This document shows, one piece after another, positions 62,642 through 64,000 of a stretch of 64,000 nucleotides of DNA. How positions within the stretch are numbered: position 1 is the first letter of the stretch; each line of letters opens with the position of its first letter. A program made the translations under genes and the position numbers. The stretch is from the NCBI GenBank assembly GCA_963734655.1, contig CAVTHY010000003.1, forward strand, positions 683,492 through 747,491. Direction: 5' to 3'. The notes under the pieces were generated by a model. The model was not told the DNA's origin, did no database searches, and was given only the letters and a program-made list of their open reading frames with translations. Source of the stretch: an uncultured Acidimicrobiaceae bacterium (GTDB lineage Bacteria > Actinomycetota > Acidimicrobiia > Acidimicrobiales > RAAP-2).

Positions 62642-62770
62642 GTGGAGGTAACGAGAATATGTTTGAACCCCCTTGCCTTCCAGTTCATCAGGCGAGATAC
62701 TTTGGCATGTCGAACCTCCGAGCGGCCATCGACGCCTAATCCGAGCTTGAACACGGTCTACTCGAACCCC
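62642..62770 (+). repeat. ~130-bp degenerate direct repeat, copy 2
   Basis: GTGGAGGTAACGAGAATATGTTTGAACCCCCTTGC (31/35 identical to copy 1) ... TACTCGAACCCC. Confidence 0.7.
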
Positions 62771-63045
62771 ACGCAATTGCGCCTCCGGAGCGAGCATGAC
62801 CACCCTCTACGTATCCGAATTGTTGGACGTTGTCAATTTTGATCCTCGACACTGCCGAAGACGCTTCGAGGACCCAATCGCATTTTCATTTGTTTAGCCA
62901 ATTTCCAGGCCGGAGTTACTAGACCCGGGGCAGTCAATTGCTACTGCGGTGTTCGGAATCTTCGCTCATGCAGACTTCGATCAGCCGTTGACGGCAATAC
63001 TCGCCGTTCTGAAGGCCTAAGTTCAGATTGAACAAAGTGAGGCCA

Positions 63046-63504
63046 ATGGAGTCTGAGTCCAACGAAAACGAGATTTCGATAGCCGTCAATCCAGCACTTA
63101 GCACCACCGAAAGTGAAGAGCTCGCAGGCGTCTTTGCCGAGGCAGGCCACCACATCGAAGCTGGCGAAATCAACAGGAAGATTCTCGAGTCTGTACCGCC
63201 GTCAGGATTCGAGGTTTGGATATTTACCCCATCACTCAATGCACTTGTAGGTGGGGCAGCCGTCAGCGCTGTAGTGCGGCTCGGCAGGCTGATTCGCGGA
63301 ACTTTTCGGGCAATGCGGCATCGTGGCGCTCCCGGCGTGATCAGTATGCGTATCCGGAACGAAAAAGTAGTCGCGGTCTTCCACCCGGACCTCCCAGAAA
63401 TCGCGTACAAGAAATTGCTCACAGAGCCGATACCGCCCCACGGCAAGAGCGCCGAGATCGAATGGGACAGTGAGCGTCAGCAATGGCGCGATCGTCTCGA
63501 CTAG
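63046..63504 (+). CDS. Hypothetical protein
   Basis: GAGG RBS + ATG, 152 aa, protein-like composition, no recognised motif. Confidence 0.45.
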   Translation: MESESNENEISIAVNPALSTTESEELAGVFAEAGHHIEAGEINRKILESVPPSGFEVWIFTPSLNALVGGAAVSAVVRLGRLIRGTFRAMRHRGAPGVISMRIRNEKVVAVFHPDLPEIAYKKLLTEPIPPHGKSAEIEWDSERQQWRDRLD

Positions 63505-63580
63505 AAAGCAAGTCTTCTTCAATGCTCCGGGCTCTTGGAAAAGTCAAGAAGAGCTTGCCGCTGTCTCATACACCTGGGAC

Positions 63581-63958
63581 CTAGTCGGCGACGCCCTCCG
63601 ACTTCCCTTGGAACTCCGGTTTCCGATTTTCGATGAGATCATTGAATGCTTCGCTGAAGGGGGTCTGGAGGCTTTCGGGCCACTTGAGCCCGACATTCTT
63701 AGCGAGGTACCAATTCATAGGATGAACTGACGATCCGGATGACTCGATACCTTGAAGTATTGAAATCAGCGAATGACCAAGTTCAGTAGCCGATTCAAGA
63801 TGCTCCAACTCCCTGATGTCGATCACCATGAGAGGGCCAATCAACGGATGATGAAGGTAGCCCAGCGCATCGAGTTGTGATTGAACATAGCGCGCCATGA
63901 TCTGATTCCATGGGAAGCCGCAGTACGCCACAATGACGGGAAAATACCGTGGCACCAC
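63581..63958 (-). pseudogene. Probable C-terminal fragment of a hypothetical gene
   Basis: Protein-like composition; in-frame TAA at 63992-63994 blocks extension to the window edge. Confidence 0.3.
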
Positions 63959-64000
63959 TACGCGCGACGTTTGGCCGGGAAGGATCCGCCGTTACTAATC

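Noticed and set aside
56870-62780. Functional tRNA or tmRNA genes
   Set aside because: Only partial, mutated arms; no complete cloverleaf
1-64000. CRISPR array, rRNA, transposase or integrase
   Set aside because: No regular repeat-spacer pattern, rRNA signature or DDE/recombinase motif seen

Overview
High-GC actinobacterial-type DNA (F420-dependent LLM enzymes, MMPL/MarR, VapBC; an Acidimicrobiia-like origin is inference only) in four parts. (1) 1-6.8 kb: molybdate/Moco locus (modC-like, ModE/TOBE regulator, MoaD-like Ubl + BNR beta-propeller, moaA, degenerate moaC, sulfite-oxidase-family Mo enzyme + cytochrome b), with three +1 frameshifts that all fall at GGG runs. (2) 7-21 kb: mixed genes (LLM oxidoreductase, AKR, AldB/DUF779/Adh, CHASE-GGDEF-EAL, phosphodiester glycosidase, MMPL/MarR). 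(3) 21.5-55.2 kb: a ~34-kb catabolic island for an unidentified nitrogen compound. It has two amino-acid ABC importers, two HcnABC/OoxAB/LhpBEF-type flavin/Fe-S dehydrogenases, two DHDPS-family lyases, a divergent GcvPA/PB pair without GcvT/H cotranscribed with an ATP-NAD/AcoX kinase, omega-transaminase and Ald, GabD, CoA-transferase/thiolase, three SDRs, LLM, cupin, SnoaL and VOC proteins. Eight promoter regions carry tandem GTNCG-N5-CGNAC-like boxes spaced exactly 19 bp apart, pointing to one regulon under the island's single IclR. (4) 56.5-64 kb: integration-scar region with degenerate tRNA-Ala-like fragments, a duplicated DUF1905 block, vapBC, and a two-gene HEPN-like candidate defence cassette bracketed by ~130-bp tRNA-3'-like direct repeats. 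All calls are from motif recognition by eye; no searches were run.
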